A stretch of 64,000 bases of DNA, from assembly GCA_038087875.1 (NCBI GenBank), contig JAXLNO010000611.1, positions 1 through 64,000 on the forward strand, given 5' to 3'. Position 1 is the stretch's first letter; every line of letters begins with the position of its first letter. Origin of the DNA: Malacoraja senta (taxonomy: Eukaryota). The translations under genes were made by a program, and so were the position numbers. Positions 10,430 to 22,755 of this stretch are shown here, in pieces. Under the pieces are notes generated by a model that had not been told where the DNA came from, did no database searches, and was given only the letters and a program-made list of their open reading frames with translations.

Positions 10430-10898
10430 CGTGGTTGACTAATCTTCTGGAATTTTTTGAAGATGTAACTAGGAAAATGGACATGGGCGAGCCAGTGGAT
10501 GTAGTGTACCTGGACTTTCAGAAAGCATTTGATAATGTCCCTCTAGGAGATTAGTGGGCAAAATTAGGGCACTTGGTATTGGGGGTAGAGTGCTGACATG
10601 GATAGAAAATTGGTTGGCAGACAGGAAACAAAGAGTAGGGGATTAACGGGTCCCTTTCAGAATGTTAGGCAGTGACTAGTGGGGTAGCGCATGGCTCGGT
10701 CCTAGAACCGCAGCTATTTACAAAATACATATATGATTTGGATGAAGGGATTCAAGTAACATTAACAAATTTGCGGATGACACAAAGCTGGGTGGCAGTA
10801 TGAACTCTGAGGAGGATGCAATGAGAATGCAGGGTGACTTGGACAGGTTGGGGGAGTGGGCCAGATGCATGGCAGATGAAGTTTAATGTGGATAAATG
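10430..10898 (+). mobile_element. CR1 LINE ORF2 fragment (5' part of a copy split by Rex1)
   Basis: LTNLLEFFEDVT, DVVYLDFQKAFD, KFADDTKLGG, WQMKFNVDK; continues at 14077. Confidence 0.92.
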
Positions 10899-13800
10899 AA
10901 TGAATGAATGAATGAATGAATGAACGAATGAATGAATGAATGAAAACTTTATTGTCATTCAGATATACACCTATACACAGTGCACCTAGAACGAAATTTC
11001 GTTGCATATGACTCTCCAGTTATTTTTTTTTTTTAGAAGTGTCGATATTTAAAAAGTTCTAGCCTCGGTTTAATTGATTGTTCAATAATCTTATGGCCTG
11101 GGGGATGAAGCTGTTGCAGAACCTGGTTGTCCCGCTCTTCATGCTGCGGTACCTCCTCCCAGAGTTAAGCAGTATAAACAGTCCAAATTGTGGGTGTGTG
11201 GGGGCTTTGGTAATGCCCTTAGCTCTACTCAGACAGCGCTTGTACCCCATGTCCATGATGGAAGGAAGAGAAGTCCCAATGATTTTTTCGCTGTCCTCAC
11301 CACTCTCTGAAGGCACTTCCAGTCTGCAGCTGTACAGCTGCCGCACCACGTAGAGATACAGCCGGTCATGACCGACTCAATTGTGCTTCTGTAGAAAGTG
11401 GCGAGGATGGGAGGGTGGAGGTGTAAACTTCTCAACCTGCGGAGGAAGTACAACCGCTGATGTGCCCGTTTTGCCAGAGATGTAATGTTTGTGACCAGTT
11501 TAAGATGTCCGTTATATGCACCCCCAGGAACTTGATGCTTTTCACCTGCTCCACTGCTGAGTTGTTGATGCAAAGTGGAGTGTGACTGGGCTGAATTTTC
11601 CTTCTGAAATCGACTACAATCTCCTTGGTTTTGTTGCCATTTAGGAGAAGGTTGTTCCTGCTGCACCAGCTCACCAGCTGTTCCACCTCCTCTCTATATG
11701 CCTGGTCGTCGTTATTGCGATGAGGCCCACTACTGTTGTGTCATCCGCGTATTTGATGATGTGGTTAGTGGTGGACCTGGCGACACAGTCATGTGTCATC
11801 AATGTAAAGAGCAGCGGACTCAGGACACAGCCCTGAGGGGAGCCTGTGCTCAGTTTGATGACAGAGGAGGTGTTCTTCCCCACCCGCACAGACTGGGGTC
11901 TTTCGGAAAGGAAATCCAGGATCCAGTTGCATAGTATGGTATTGAAACCTAGGGGTGCCAGTTTGCTCACCAGATGCTGGGGGATTATCGTGTTAAATGC
12001 TGAGCTGAAATCAACAAACAGCATCCCGCACTTGGGTATTCTTCTCCTCCAGGTGTTGTAGGCTCAGGTGGACTGCAGAGGAGATTGCATCCTCTGTGGA
12101 GCGGTTCGGGCGATAAGCAAACTGGAACGGGTCAAAACTGGAGGGGAGTTTAGAGACCATGTGCTGCTTAATAAGCCTCTCAAAGCACTTCATTATTATT
12201 GGTGTGAGTGCTACGGGGCGGTAATCATTTATGCAGGTTATTGTAGACTTTTGGGGAACTGGTATGATGGTAGCTGTCTTGAAACATGATGGAACAATGG
12301 CCTGGTTCAAGGAGATGTTAAAAATGTCTGTCAGAACCAGAGCCAGCTGGTCGGCACATCCCCTGAGCAGACGCCCCGGTATGTTATCCGGTCCGGCTGC
12401 CTTTCGCTGGTCAATGCCCTCCAGGATTCTGCGGACTTCAGCAGTTTCAAAAGACAGTGCCTGTTCTCCTGGTTGTGGCTCTAATTTCCTCACTGTAGTG
12501 GTGTTCAGTGCTTCAAACCTGCCGAAATAATTATCTGGTTCATTTAGAAAGTCTGTGTCATCCTTACAGGACATCTGAGGGGCCTTGTAGTTAGTTATGG
12601 CCCGGATGCCTTTCCACATGTTCCTGGTGTTGGTATTATCCTGGAAGAAACCTGGATTTTCTGTCCATGGGCGCGCTTTGCTTTCCTAATTTCGCGGTTG
12701 AGGTTGGCTCTCGCTGTTCTCAGAGCCCCCGGATCACCAGATTTAAAAGCCGCATTTCGTGTTTTCAGCATGGCACGCACCTCTGCAGTAATCCAAGGTT
12801 TGTGGTTGGCCCGGGTTGTGATGTTCCTGATGACAATGACGTCCTCCATGCACTTCTGTATGTATCGCGACACCGACATGGCATACTCATCCACATTGAT
12901 GTTTTGGTTGTGAGTGGCTGCTGACCTGAACATGTCCCAGTCCGTGCACTCAAAGCAGTCCTGGAGTGCTTCTGTAGCTCCCTCAGGCCAGACTCTAACT
13001 TGCTTCACAGTGGGTTTCTCTCTGATCAGCAGGGGCTTATAGGCTTGGGATGAGCATTACAGAGAGGTGATCAGAGGAGCCGAGGTGAGGCCGGGGTACT
13101 GCTCTGAAAGCCTGCTTGATGTTACTGTAGACCCGGTCCAGCGTATTCTCTCCACGTGTAGCAAAGTCCACATATTGATGGAAATGAGGGAGGACAGTCT
13201 TCATGTTGGCCTGGTTAAAATCCCCAGCCACAATGACAACGCCCTTTGGATGATTTCTTTGCAGCTCACTGATGGAACGGTAGAGAATACGCAGAGCCTC
13301 CTTTGTGTTGGCTGCGGGGGGGATGTATACAGCAGTAATGCTAACACAGTAAACTCCCGTGGTAGATAGAATGGCCTGCATTTCACAGTCAGAAACTCTA
13401 TGTCCGAAGAGCAGTGGCTGGAAACAGCGGTAGCATTATTACACCAGCTGTTGTTTGTGTAGATGCACACACCCCCACCCCGGGATTTACCAGTCAAAAC
13501 AGTGTCCCTGTCGAGCCGGAAAGTTGTTAGTCCCCCTAAGCTAACAGCCGCATCAGGTACAGATGGGTTTAGCCATGTCTCTGTCAAAACTATAACGCAG
13601 CAGTCTCTCACCTCCCGTTTTATTCAGCTGTAGATAGTCCATTTTATTTTCCAGAGAGCGGACATTCGACAGGAGAACGGATGGGAGCGGTGTCCTCCAC
13701 GGGTTTGCCTTTAGCCTCGCCGTTAGCCCCCCTCGACAGCCCCGCTTCTGACTTCTGTAGCACCGCCTCCGTGTCCGTGTCCTTCTGTAGCGCCGCCTCC

Positions 13801-14076
13801 GTGTTCTTCTGTAGCGGCCAGTGTTTGTGAAAGTCTCCGCGGCTCTGCAGGCCGCTGGGCCCTCCCGACACAGCAGACCGAGATGGTGCAGGCGCTCCTC
13901 GAGTTCAACGTCCACGTAGTCTCTACTGCTTAACCGTTTTAAACTTAATAATGCCCCAAAATCGTACGTTAACTTGCAGCCTGCCCGCTGCAAGTTATGA
14001 ACCCGGACCTTAGAAAACTTATCGCTACCCCTAACGAGAGTCAATGCAGCCGCAGCCACCATGGGCGCCGCCATCT
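10899..14076 (-). mobile_element. Full-length Rex1/Babar-type non-LTR retrotransposon (APE + RT), frameshifted
   Basis: APE motifs (LSNVRSL, LTETWL, AGDFN, SDHL), RT motifs ([32 protein letters not shown]), TGACAATAAA plus (TTCA)n tail, TAAATG duplicated at 10893-10898 and 14077-14082. Confidence 0.93.
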
Positions 14077-14806
14077 TAAATGTGAGGTTATCCACTTTGG
14101 TATCAAAAGGGGAAGGACAACGGGATCTGGGGGTCCTTGTTCATCAGTCTATGAAAGTAAGCATGCAGGTACAACAGGCAGTGAAGAAAGCGAATGGCAC
14201 ATTGGCTTTATAACAACAGGAGACGAGTATAGGAGCAAGAGGTCCTTCTGCAGTTGTGCAGAGCCCTAGTGAGACCATACCTGGAGTATTGTGGTGCAGT
14301 TTTTGGTCCCCTTTTTTGAGGAAGGTCATTCTTGCTATTGAGAGAGTGCAGCGTAGGTTCACAAGGTTAATTCCCGGGATGGTGGGAATGTCATATGCTG
14401 AGAGAATGGAGCGGTTAGGCATGTACACTCTGGAGTTTAGAAGGACGAGAGGGGATCTCATTGAAACATATAAGATTGTTAAGGGTTTGAACACGCTAGA
14501 GGTAGGAAACATGTTCCCGATGTTGGGGGAGTCCAGAACCAGGGGTCACAGTTTAAGAATAAGGGATAAGCCATTTAGAACGGAGACAAGGAAGCACTTT
14601 TTCTCACAGAGAGTGGTGAGTCTGTGGAATTCTCTGCCAGAGGGCGGTGGAGGCCGGTTCTCTGGATGTTTTTCAAGAGAGAGCTAGATAGGGCTCTTAT
14701 AGATCGCGGAGTCAGGGGTTATGGGGAGAAGGCAGGAACGGGGTACTGATTGGGGATGATCAGCCATGATCACATTGAATGGCGGTGCTGGCTCAAAGGG
14801 CCGAAT
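14077..14806 (+). mobile_element. CR1 LINE 3' part (continuation of 10430-10898); last ~30 bp displaced to ~15729-15760
   Basis: KCEVIHFG, RVQRRFTRLIPGM, LEFRRTRGDLIETYKI, RTRGHSLRI, CR1 3' UTR. Confidence 0.92.
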
Positions 14807-15710
14807 AGAAACATAGAAAATAGGTGCAGGAGTAGGCCATTCAGCCCTTCGAGCCTGCACCGCCATTCAATATGATCATGGCTGATCATCCAACTCAGTA
14901 TCCTGTACCTGCCTTCTCTCCATACCCCCTGGTCCCTTTAGCCACAAGGGCCACATCTAACTCCCTCTTAAATAAAGCCAATGAACTGGCCTCAACTACT
15001 TTCTGTGGCAGAGAATCCACAGATTCACCACTCTGTGTGAATTTTTTTTCTCATCTTGGTCCTACAAGACTTCCCCCTTATCCTTAAACTGTGACCCCTT
15101 CTTCTGGACTTCCCCAACATCGAAAACAATCTTCTTGCATCTAACCTGTCCAACCTAAGAATGTTGTATGTTTCTGTAAGACCCCCCCTCAATCTTCTAA
15201 ATTCCAGCGAGTACAAGCCGAGTCTTTCTTCATATGAAAGTCCTGCCATCCCAGGAATCAGTCTGGTGAACCTTGTCTGTACTCCCGCTATGGCAAGAAT
15301 GTCTTTCCTCAGATTAGGAGACCAAAACTGTATGCAATACTCCAGGTGTCGTCTCACCAAGGCTCTGTACAACTGCAGTAGACCCTCCTGCTCCTATACA
15401 CAAATCCTTTTGCTATGAATGCTAAGATACCATTCGCTTTCTTCACTGTCTGCTGCACCTGCATGCCTACTTTCAATGACTCGTGTACCATGACACCCAG
15501 GTCTCGTTGCATCTCCCCTTTTCCTAATCGGCCGCCATTCAGATAATAGTCTACATTCCTGTTATTGCCACCAAAGTAGATAACCTCACATTTATCCACA
15601 TTATACTGCATCTGCCATGTATTTGCCCACTCACCCAACCTATCCAAGTCATCTTGCAGCCTCCTAGCATCCTCCTCACAGCTAACACTGCACCCCAGCT
15701 TCGTGTCATA
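14807..15710 (-). mobile_element. CR1 LINE 3' fragment inserted in the 3' UTR of the previous CR1
   Basis: ORFs 15354-15647 and 15025-15372 (WQMQYNVDKCEVI, HLEYCIQFWSP); host tail ggccgaat/ggcctactcctgcacct is split on either side. Confidence 0.9.
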
Positions 15711-15869
15711 TATTGTAAATATATATTATGGCCTACTCCTGCACCTGTTGTCTATTGTCTGATCTGCTGGGTCCTTGTGCCCCCCATCCCCCTCCCACAG
15801 GGTAGATCCATCAGTAGTGATGGGGCTTCCCCTTCCCCCTCTTTTAATCAGGTTACCCCAACCACACAC

Positions 15870-16076
15870 CCGCCAGTTAAAATTCCCCGCTTTATTATGG
15901 ATCACAATTTCTACGAATTACGATATATAAAACTATGTCAGCTCACAACAAAATGTGAATGCCAGTCTTCACAAAATATCTGCAAACATTTTCTGAGATT
16001 TCAGGAAATTCCCGGCCCCCTTTGGTTCCCGGGCCGGGTACGATGTACCTCCTGCACCCCCCTCTCATAGGCTCTG
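15870..16076 (-). mobile_element. Possible hAT-type DNA transposon terminus
   Basis: Minus strand begins CAGAGCCTATGAGAGGGGGGTGCAGGAGGTACATCGTACCCGGCCCGG, resembling CAGGGCC-type hAT ends; no second TIR found. Confidence 0.3.
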
Positions 16077-16084
16077 GGATTGTG

Positions 16085-16630
16085 ATAGAGAGAGGAGGGG
16101 ACAGAGCTGGGAGGGAGAGGAAGGGGAGAGAGGGGGGAGGAGAGAGGAGGGGGTTGGGGGAGAGAAAGAGGTAGAGAGAGGAGGGGGTGGGGAGGAGGAG
16201 AGAGAGAGGGAGGGAGGAGGGGGAGAGGACGGGGGGAGAGAGAGAGGGAGGGGGAGGGAGAGAGGGAGGGGGAGAGAGGGAGGGGGAGGGGTGAGGGAGG
16301 AGAGAGAGGGAGGGGGTGAGAGGTAGGGGAGAGAGGGACAGACGAGGAGGGGGTTGGGGGATAGAGAGAGGGGGTGGGGAAGGAGGAGAGAGAGAGTGAG
16401 GGGGAGAGAAGGGGGTAGGGGTAAGGGAGATAATGAGGGGACTGGTGGGGGGAGGATGAGAGGAATTGCGGGAACAGGTTTGGGATGGAGAGAGGGAAGG
16501 AGTGAGGGAGATTTGAGACAGAGAGAGGAGGGGACAGAGCTGGGATGGGGTGGAAGAGAGAGAAGAGGGGATGGGGGAGGGAGGGATGGGAGAGGGAAGA
16601 GGGGAGTAGTGAGGGGGAGGGGAGAGAGGC
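16085..16630. repeat. Polypurine (G/A-rich) low-complexity tract
   Basis: About 550 bp of gagagggaggg-type sequence. Confidence 0.95.
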
Positions 16631-16683
16631 AGTGAAGGACACGGGACGATACAGAACGACATCGCTCCGTGATGGGAGCGTCC

Positions 16684-18972
16684 CTTAGAGGTGAAGATGT
16701 GCCCGACATACGGCAGTTCTGAGACGCGGAATCGGCATTTTTTCTTGTTCAGTTTTAAGTTGATCTGCCTGGCCCGGTCCAGGATTCGGCGGAGGTTCTT
16801 GTCATGTTCGGCGGCATTCTCCCCGTAGACTAGGATGTCATCCACGATGATGGCGCATGGCATGCCAGCGAACAGTTGTTCCATGGATCGCTGTAACACC
16901 TCGCTGGCAGAGTTAATTTCGAATGGCATCCGTAGAAACTTGAATCTACCATAAGGAGTGGCGAACGTTGTCAGGTCGGAGGAGCGTTTATCGAGTGGTA
17001 TTTGCCAGAAGGAACTTTTTCCATCAAGGACAGAGAATACCGTGGGCTGGCCGACTTGAGCTGCAACATCTTCTACGGTTCTAATGGAGTAGTGTGGTCG
17101 CCTGATCGCGAGGTTCAGGTCTTTGGGATTAATACACACCCGTATCTCGTTCTTGTCCTTTTTCAGGGTTGCAACCATGGTGGAGACCCACTCGTTTGGC
17201 TCGCTAACTGCTTCCAGCACCCCCATTGTGACCATGCTCTTCAACATCGATTCCACTTTGTCCTTTAAAGCGAGGGATACTCTATGTGGTGCACGGACCA
17301 CTGGCACAACTTTAGGGTCGGTGACGATCTTATAGACGAGAGGCAGTTTGCCCAGCTCATTATCAAACAGGTCCGGGTATTCAGATATCGGATCCATCAG
17401 CACCTGTACTTCACGGACAGTACGGTCGAAGGACACTAGTCCCAGGGCCTGGCATGCCTGGTTGCCCAACAGAGTCAAACAATCAGAGTCAAGGACATAG
17501 AACATGAGAGGCCGCGATGACTTTTTCAGCACACAATTAAAAGTGGCCTTCCCCACAGGTTTCAGCACCTCGCCCCCATAAGCACGTAAAGTCGAACGGT
17601 CTGAAGTCAGTAGCTCATTATGCCTAATCTTTCTGAACAGGCTTGTTGACATAACATTGACCTTTACCCCCGTGTCGAGCTTAGCTGTGAAAGGACAGTT
17701 GTTGACAGTAACGAGGACCGATGGATCGGGGAGGCGAGCAGGTGCGTGTAGGAGTGTGAACACACTAGCATCTCCTTGAGAATTAATTGGCTCAGAATCG
17801 TGGGCAGTGGCGAGAGAGGTCTGGGAACCAAAATCGCTATCAACTTGTGCCAGGTTGTTTAATACTTGTCTAGAAGCAGGTGGTAAGTTCTCACGGGAAC
17901 GGCAAACCGCCGAGAAGTGATTCAATTTCTTGCAGAAATTGCAGGATTTTCCGTAAGCCGGGCACTGCGACTGCATCGAATGTACATAATTGCAATTAGG
18001 GCACCTTTTAACGACCCGTCCTCCGGGGACGTAGCCTGCCCGCGGCGTGGGTCTAGAGTTGTCTATTTTAGGACGCGGTCTGTTGAGACCAGTTAAGTTG
18101 ACCGACCGACCAACAGCGTCCCGTTGTCCGAACAACGCGTCAACGACTTCAGCCAACCTGCATGCATGCATTGCGTCGGTCAGAGTAAGATCTGGCCTTC
18201 TCAATAGTTACGATCGCAATTTCTGATCCAGCATACCTGTCACTAGAATGTCCCTGGTAAGCTGGTCAGTCATGTCTTCAAATCGGCACCTCTGGGCGAG
18301 ATATCGCAGATCCGCAATAAAGCATTCAACAGGTTCATCAGGCTACTGCTTTCTCGTAAAAAACTTGGCTCGCTCTAAAATGCGGTTAAAGGGCAAGTCG
18401 CAAATTTCCGCAAACTTTCGCAATAGACATACCGGATCGTTGGCAGACTGCGCAGGTACTTGAACCTGATCGTTTGCATCCCGGACCGCGGGATCATAGG
18501 CGAAGGCTCGTGCTCTCCTCATGGCATCGGAGCTTTAACAATGTCGGGATCGTTGCGATGAACGATATTAATGTAATGTGTGAAGTCCATTTCAAAAGTC
18601 GCCCAGCGTTCAGCTATGTCAGCATCAAAGACTAGGGGCGAGGGTTTGCGGCACGAGGATGCCATGAAAAAAGGTACAAAACTCCGATAAAGCAACACTT
18701 TCAAAGAAATAAAACACGATAAACAGGAGGCGCGCGTTTTAACTTGCTGACACCATGTAAAGAAGTTAGGTCTGACTCACTTGTAGCTTTACTTAACGTT
18801 TTAATGATAACACAGGTTAAACACATTCCAGCACTGACTGCACCCAGTCTGTCATCATGCTGGAACCAGGGAGGGGGCAAGCGAGAGAGAGACTTCTTAT
18901 ACTTGATAATTAAGGCGTGGTTAGTAGTACTGAGGTAGCTATATTATTGGTTGCATGCATAAACCATCTACA
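16684..18972 (-). mobile_element. Ty3/Gypsy LTR retrotransposon, 5' half (LTR-PBS-gag-PR-RT), truncated after RT
   Basis: gag MASSCRKPSPL..., CNFCKKLNHFSAVC knuckle, KLDTG protease, RVCINPKDLN, FLRMPF, IIVDDILVYG, YVGHIFT; no RNase H, integrase or 3' LTR. Confidence 0.93.
18756..18972 (-). repeat. 5' LTR (217 bp) of the Gypsy element, followed by tRNA-Leu-like PBS (~18742-18755)
   Basis: TGTA...TACA inverted ends; immediately followed on the minus strand by TGGTGTCAGCAAGT, similar to the tRNA-Leu PBS TGGTGTCAGAAGT. Confidence 0.8.
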
Positions 18973-18974
18973 AG

Positions 18975-19190
18975 ACCCATCTTCAGTGTGAACACGAAAC
19001 GTCACCCATTCCTTGTCTCCAGAGATGCTGCCTGTCCCGCTGAGTTACTCCAGCACTCCGAAATGTCACCTATCCATGTTCTCCAGAGATGCTGCCTGAC
19101 CCGCTGAGTTACTCCAGCACTCTGTGAATGTCACCTATCCATGTTCTCCACAGATGCTGCCTGACCCGCTGAGTTACTACAGCACATTTT
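18975..19190 (+). repeat. Three tandem copies of Penelope-derived terminal repeat unit
   Basis: gaaacgtcacc...ccagagatgctgcctgacccgctgagttactccagcac repeated three times. Confidence 0.8.
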
Positions 19191-19194
19191 GTTA

Positions 19195-19495
19195 GTCATA
19201 GAGTGATACAGTGTGGAAACGGGCCCTTCGGCCCAACCTGCCCACCACCGACCAACATGCCCCAGCTATACTAGTCCCACCTGCCAGTGTTTGGTACATA
19301 TGTAACTGTCTAACTGTTTCTTGGGATAGTCACAGCCTCAACTACCTCCTCTGACAGTTTGTTCCATACTCCCACCACCCTCTGTGTGAAAAAGTTACCC
19401 CTCAGTTTCCTTTTAAATCTTTTCCCCTTCACCTTGAACGCATGTCCTCTGGTCCTCGATTCCCCCACTCTGGGCAATGGATTCTGTGCATCTAA
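19195..19495 (-). mobile_element. CR1-type LINE 3' end fragment
   Basis: Minus strand encodes PRVGESRTRGHAFKVKG...NFFTQRVVGVWN, followed by 3' UTR. Confidence 0.8.
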
Positions 19496-19499
19496 CTAA

Positions 19500-19998
19500 A
19501 TTGTGTTCTATGCAAGATTTCAGCATCTGCAGTATTTTGTGTCTCCCTCACCTATATCCACCTATCACTTCTGAAGAAGGGTCTCAACCTGAAACGTCAC
19601 CCATTCTTTCTCTCTCGAGATGCTGCCTGTCGCCTGAGTTACTCCAACATTTTGTGTCCACCCATCACTTACCAGGCTTTGTCCCAGCCCCCGTCTCTCT
19701 TTCTCAGCTTCCTCCCCCCACCCTCTCCATTCATTCTGAAGAAGGGTCCTGACTCAAAACGTTGTCTGTCCATTCCCTCTAAAGCGGTGGAGGAACTCAG
19801 TGGGTCAGGCCGCATCTGTGGTGGGAAGGCAATCTAAGGCAACCACTCCCACCTCTCCTTTCCAACTTTCTCCACCCCCCACACCAAGCAGTCTGAAGAA
19901 GGGTCCTGACCTAGAATGATGCCTGTCCATGCTCTCCAGAGGTGCAAGTTACTCCAGGAGATTGTGTCTCTCTTTGTAAACCGGCATCTGCTGTTCCT
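19500..19998 (+). repeat. Cluster of Penelope-derived short repeats
   Basis: Three ctgaagaagggtc...gaaacgtc-type units at ~19571, ~19736 and ~19893. Confidence 0.7.
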
Positions 19999-21445
19999 TT
20001 ACGTATGTGAAGAGGAAAACATTAGTTAAGACCAAAGTTGGACTCTTGAAGATTGAAAAAGTTGAATTTATTATGGGGAACAAGGAAATGGCAGATGAGT
20101 TGAACAGGTACTTTGGATCGTCTTCACTAAGGAGCACACAAACAATCTTACTGATGTACGAGTGCCAGAGGATCTGGGGTGATGGAGGAACTGAAGGAAA
20201 TTCACATTGGGCAGGAAATGGTGTTGGGTAGACTGATGGGACTGGAGGCTGATAAATCCCCAGGGCCTGATGGTCTGCACCCAGGGTACCTAAGGAAGTG
20301 CCTCTAGAAATCGTGGACGCATTGGTGATCATTTTCCAATGTTCCATAGATTCAGGATCAGTTGCTGTGGATTGGTGGGTAGCTAATGTTATCGCACTTT
20401 TAAAGAAAGGCGGGAGAGAGAAAACCGGGAATTATAGACCAGTTAGCGTGACATCGGTGGTGGCGAAGATGCTGGAGTCAATTATAAAAGATGAAATAGC
20501 CGCATATTTGGATAGCAGTAACAGGATCGGTCCGAGTCAGCATGGATTTACGAAGGGGAAATCATGCTTGACTAATCCTCTGGAATTTTTTGAGGATGTA
20601 ACTAGGAAAATGGACAAGGGAGAGCCAGTGGATGTAGTGTACCAGGACTTTCAGAAAGCATTTGATAGGGTTCCACATGGGAGATTTGTGGGTCAAATTT
20701 AGGACATATGGTATTGGGGGTAGAGTGCTGACATGGATAGAAAATTGGATGGCAGACAGGAACCAAAGTGTAGGGATTAATGGGTCCCTTTCAGAATGGC
20801 AGGCAGTGACTAGTGGGGTGCCGCAAGGCTCGGTGTTGGGACCGCAGCTATTTACCATACACATCAACGAATAGATTTAAAAGTAACATTAGCAAATTTG
20901 CAGATGAGACAAAGCTGGGTGGCAGTGTGAACTGTGAGGAGGATGCTATGAGAGTGCAGGATGACTTGGACAGGTTGGGGGAGTGGGCAGATGCATGGCA
21001 GATGCGGTTTAATGTGGATAAATGTACACTCTGGGGATTAGAAGGATGAGAGGGGATCTTATTGAAACATATAGGATTATTAAGGATTTGGACACGTTAG
21101 AGGCAGGAAACATGTTCCCGATGTTGGGGGAGTCCAGAACCAGGGGGTCACACACAGATTAAGAATAAGGGTAAACCATTTAGAATGGAGATGAGGAAAC
21201 ACCTTTTCACACAGTCAGTTATGAGTCTGTGGAATTCTCTGCCTCACAGAGGCCGGTTCTCTGGATACTTTCCAGCGAGAGCTAGATAGGGGTCTTAATG
21301 TCAGCGGAGTCAGGGGATACGGGGAGAAGGCAGGAACGGGATACTGATTCTGGATGATCAGCCATGATCACATTGAGTGGTGGTGCTGGTTCGAAGGGCT
21401 GAATCGCCTACTCCTGCACCTATTGTCTCTTGCCTAATGTCTATT
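19999..21445 (+). mobile_element. CR1 LINE ORF2 (RT region) with internal deletion and 3' UTR
   Basis: KSPGPDG, GNYRPVSVTS, QHGFTKGKSCLTN, VTSGVPQGSVLGP, KFADETKLGG, ctattgt tail. Confidence 0.93.
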
Positions 21446-21459
21446 GTATCAGGACTAGG

Positions 21460-21785
21460 CGTGTATTTCACCGTACACTTACGCTCGGTCCTCCAAGGCC
21501 TGTTGGATCATTAACTCCCCTTCCCACTCCCACACTGATGTTTCTGTCCTAGGCCTCCTCCATTGCCAGAGTGAGGATACACGCAAACTGGAGGAACAGC
21601 ACCTCATAGTTTACAGCCCAATGACATGAACATTGAATTCTCCAAATTAAGGAAACTCCCCCCTCCTAATCAAGTCCTGGAGTCTGTCCCAACCCCATCT
21701 CTTTTTTCCAGCTTTCTCCCCCGACTCCATCAGTCCAAAGAAGGGTCCAGACCCAACACGTCGCCTGTCCATTCCCCTCCAAAGT
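21460..21785 (+). mobile_element. Penelope-like element GIY-YIG 3' remnant
   Basis: Similar to 41095-41490 (SHSHTDVSVLGLLHCQSEDTRKLEEQHL) plus decayed terminal repeat. Confidence 0.75.
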
Positions 21786-22012
21786 GCCGGTAGAACTCAG
21801 CAGGTCAGCCATCCGTGGTGGGAAACGGATGGAGAAGTGTTCCTATTACTAGCTCTCCTTGGCCCTGTCAAGAATGTGGTGTCCATTCTTGGGATGGTAT
21901 ACAAGGTCCGAGCTGACCAGTCATCGACTGCCCCCTTCCCTTCCCTCGTGGGCCATCTCTTTGTCATTCCTCTGTCTTCTTCTCGCTGGGTGACAAGCAG
22001 AACCATCTTGGC

Positions 22013-22480
22013 TTAACAGTAGATGTATCTCCTTCCTTTTGGCCTTTCGTTTCTGCAGGTATTTACAGCGGAATCAAAACTACTTCCCTTAGGTCCTGAT
22101 CTTCCTTTTGTTGTAGTAAAGGTAGAACCTTTGACAGTTGCGATTGGTTTAGGATCTTGAATATTCCCATAGCGTAAATTTGACATGAACCCTACTTCCT
22201 TTTCTATGAAGTTCCCCAGATCAGGAAACATGACCTCTCGATTCTCATTTTCCTCTAACAGACCAGCTTTATCTTTTCTCTAAGTCTATAGGGCAGTTTT
22301 AGAGTGATCATTTTCATATTGCTGACAACATTCATTTCTTGCATGTGGTCTAAGAGGGTAGTCATTTCTTTCATACTTCTGAGAAATATCGCAAACTCCG
22401 GCAATGTTTTCGCGTCTTCTGGCTGGATAGCTGTTCAAGCATAGGCCTTCTTCATGAGGATGTCTTTGGATCATGGAAGT
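22013..22480 (-). mobile_element. BEL/Pao LTR retrotransposon gag remnant
   Basis: Manual translation: MKKAYA*TAIQPEDAKTLPEFAIFLRS...MQEMNVVSNMKMITLKLPYRLREK, then FPDLGNFIEKEVGFMSNLRYGNIQD...GSSF; resembles fish BEL/Pao gag. Confidence 0.75.
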
Positions 22481-22499
22481 TTAAAGGGACTTTTATGTA

Positions 22500-22755
22500 G
22501 TGTGTCGGCAGCGAGCGGCGACTGCGGAGGGTTCAACAGCCCCGACCACGGGTGAACAAAAGGGGAAGATGATAAAACTTTATTACCTTCCATCACAGTG
22601 AGGAATGTGGTTCCACTGTGGTGGATGTTTATGTTAGATTTTATTTTATGTAGCTGTGTGTGTTGTTGCTTTTTACTCAGCATGGCTGTATGGTAACTCA
22701 AATATCACTGTACCTTAATTGGTGCATGTGACAATAAATTCCAACTTGAACTTGA
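22500..22755 (+). mobile_element. 3' fragment of the same non-coding retroposon family as 7501-8234
   Basis: cggcgactgcggagg...ccccgaccacgggtgaac...aatatcactgtaccttaattggtgcatgtgacaataaa plus cttgaa tail. Confidence 0.65.

Noticed and set aside
15943..16684. Pro/Ser/Leu-rich C-terminal extension of the 753-aa Gypsy ORF, suggesting a novel fusion protein
   Set aside because: Read-through from a truncated RT into a polypyrimidine tract
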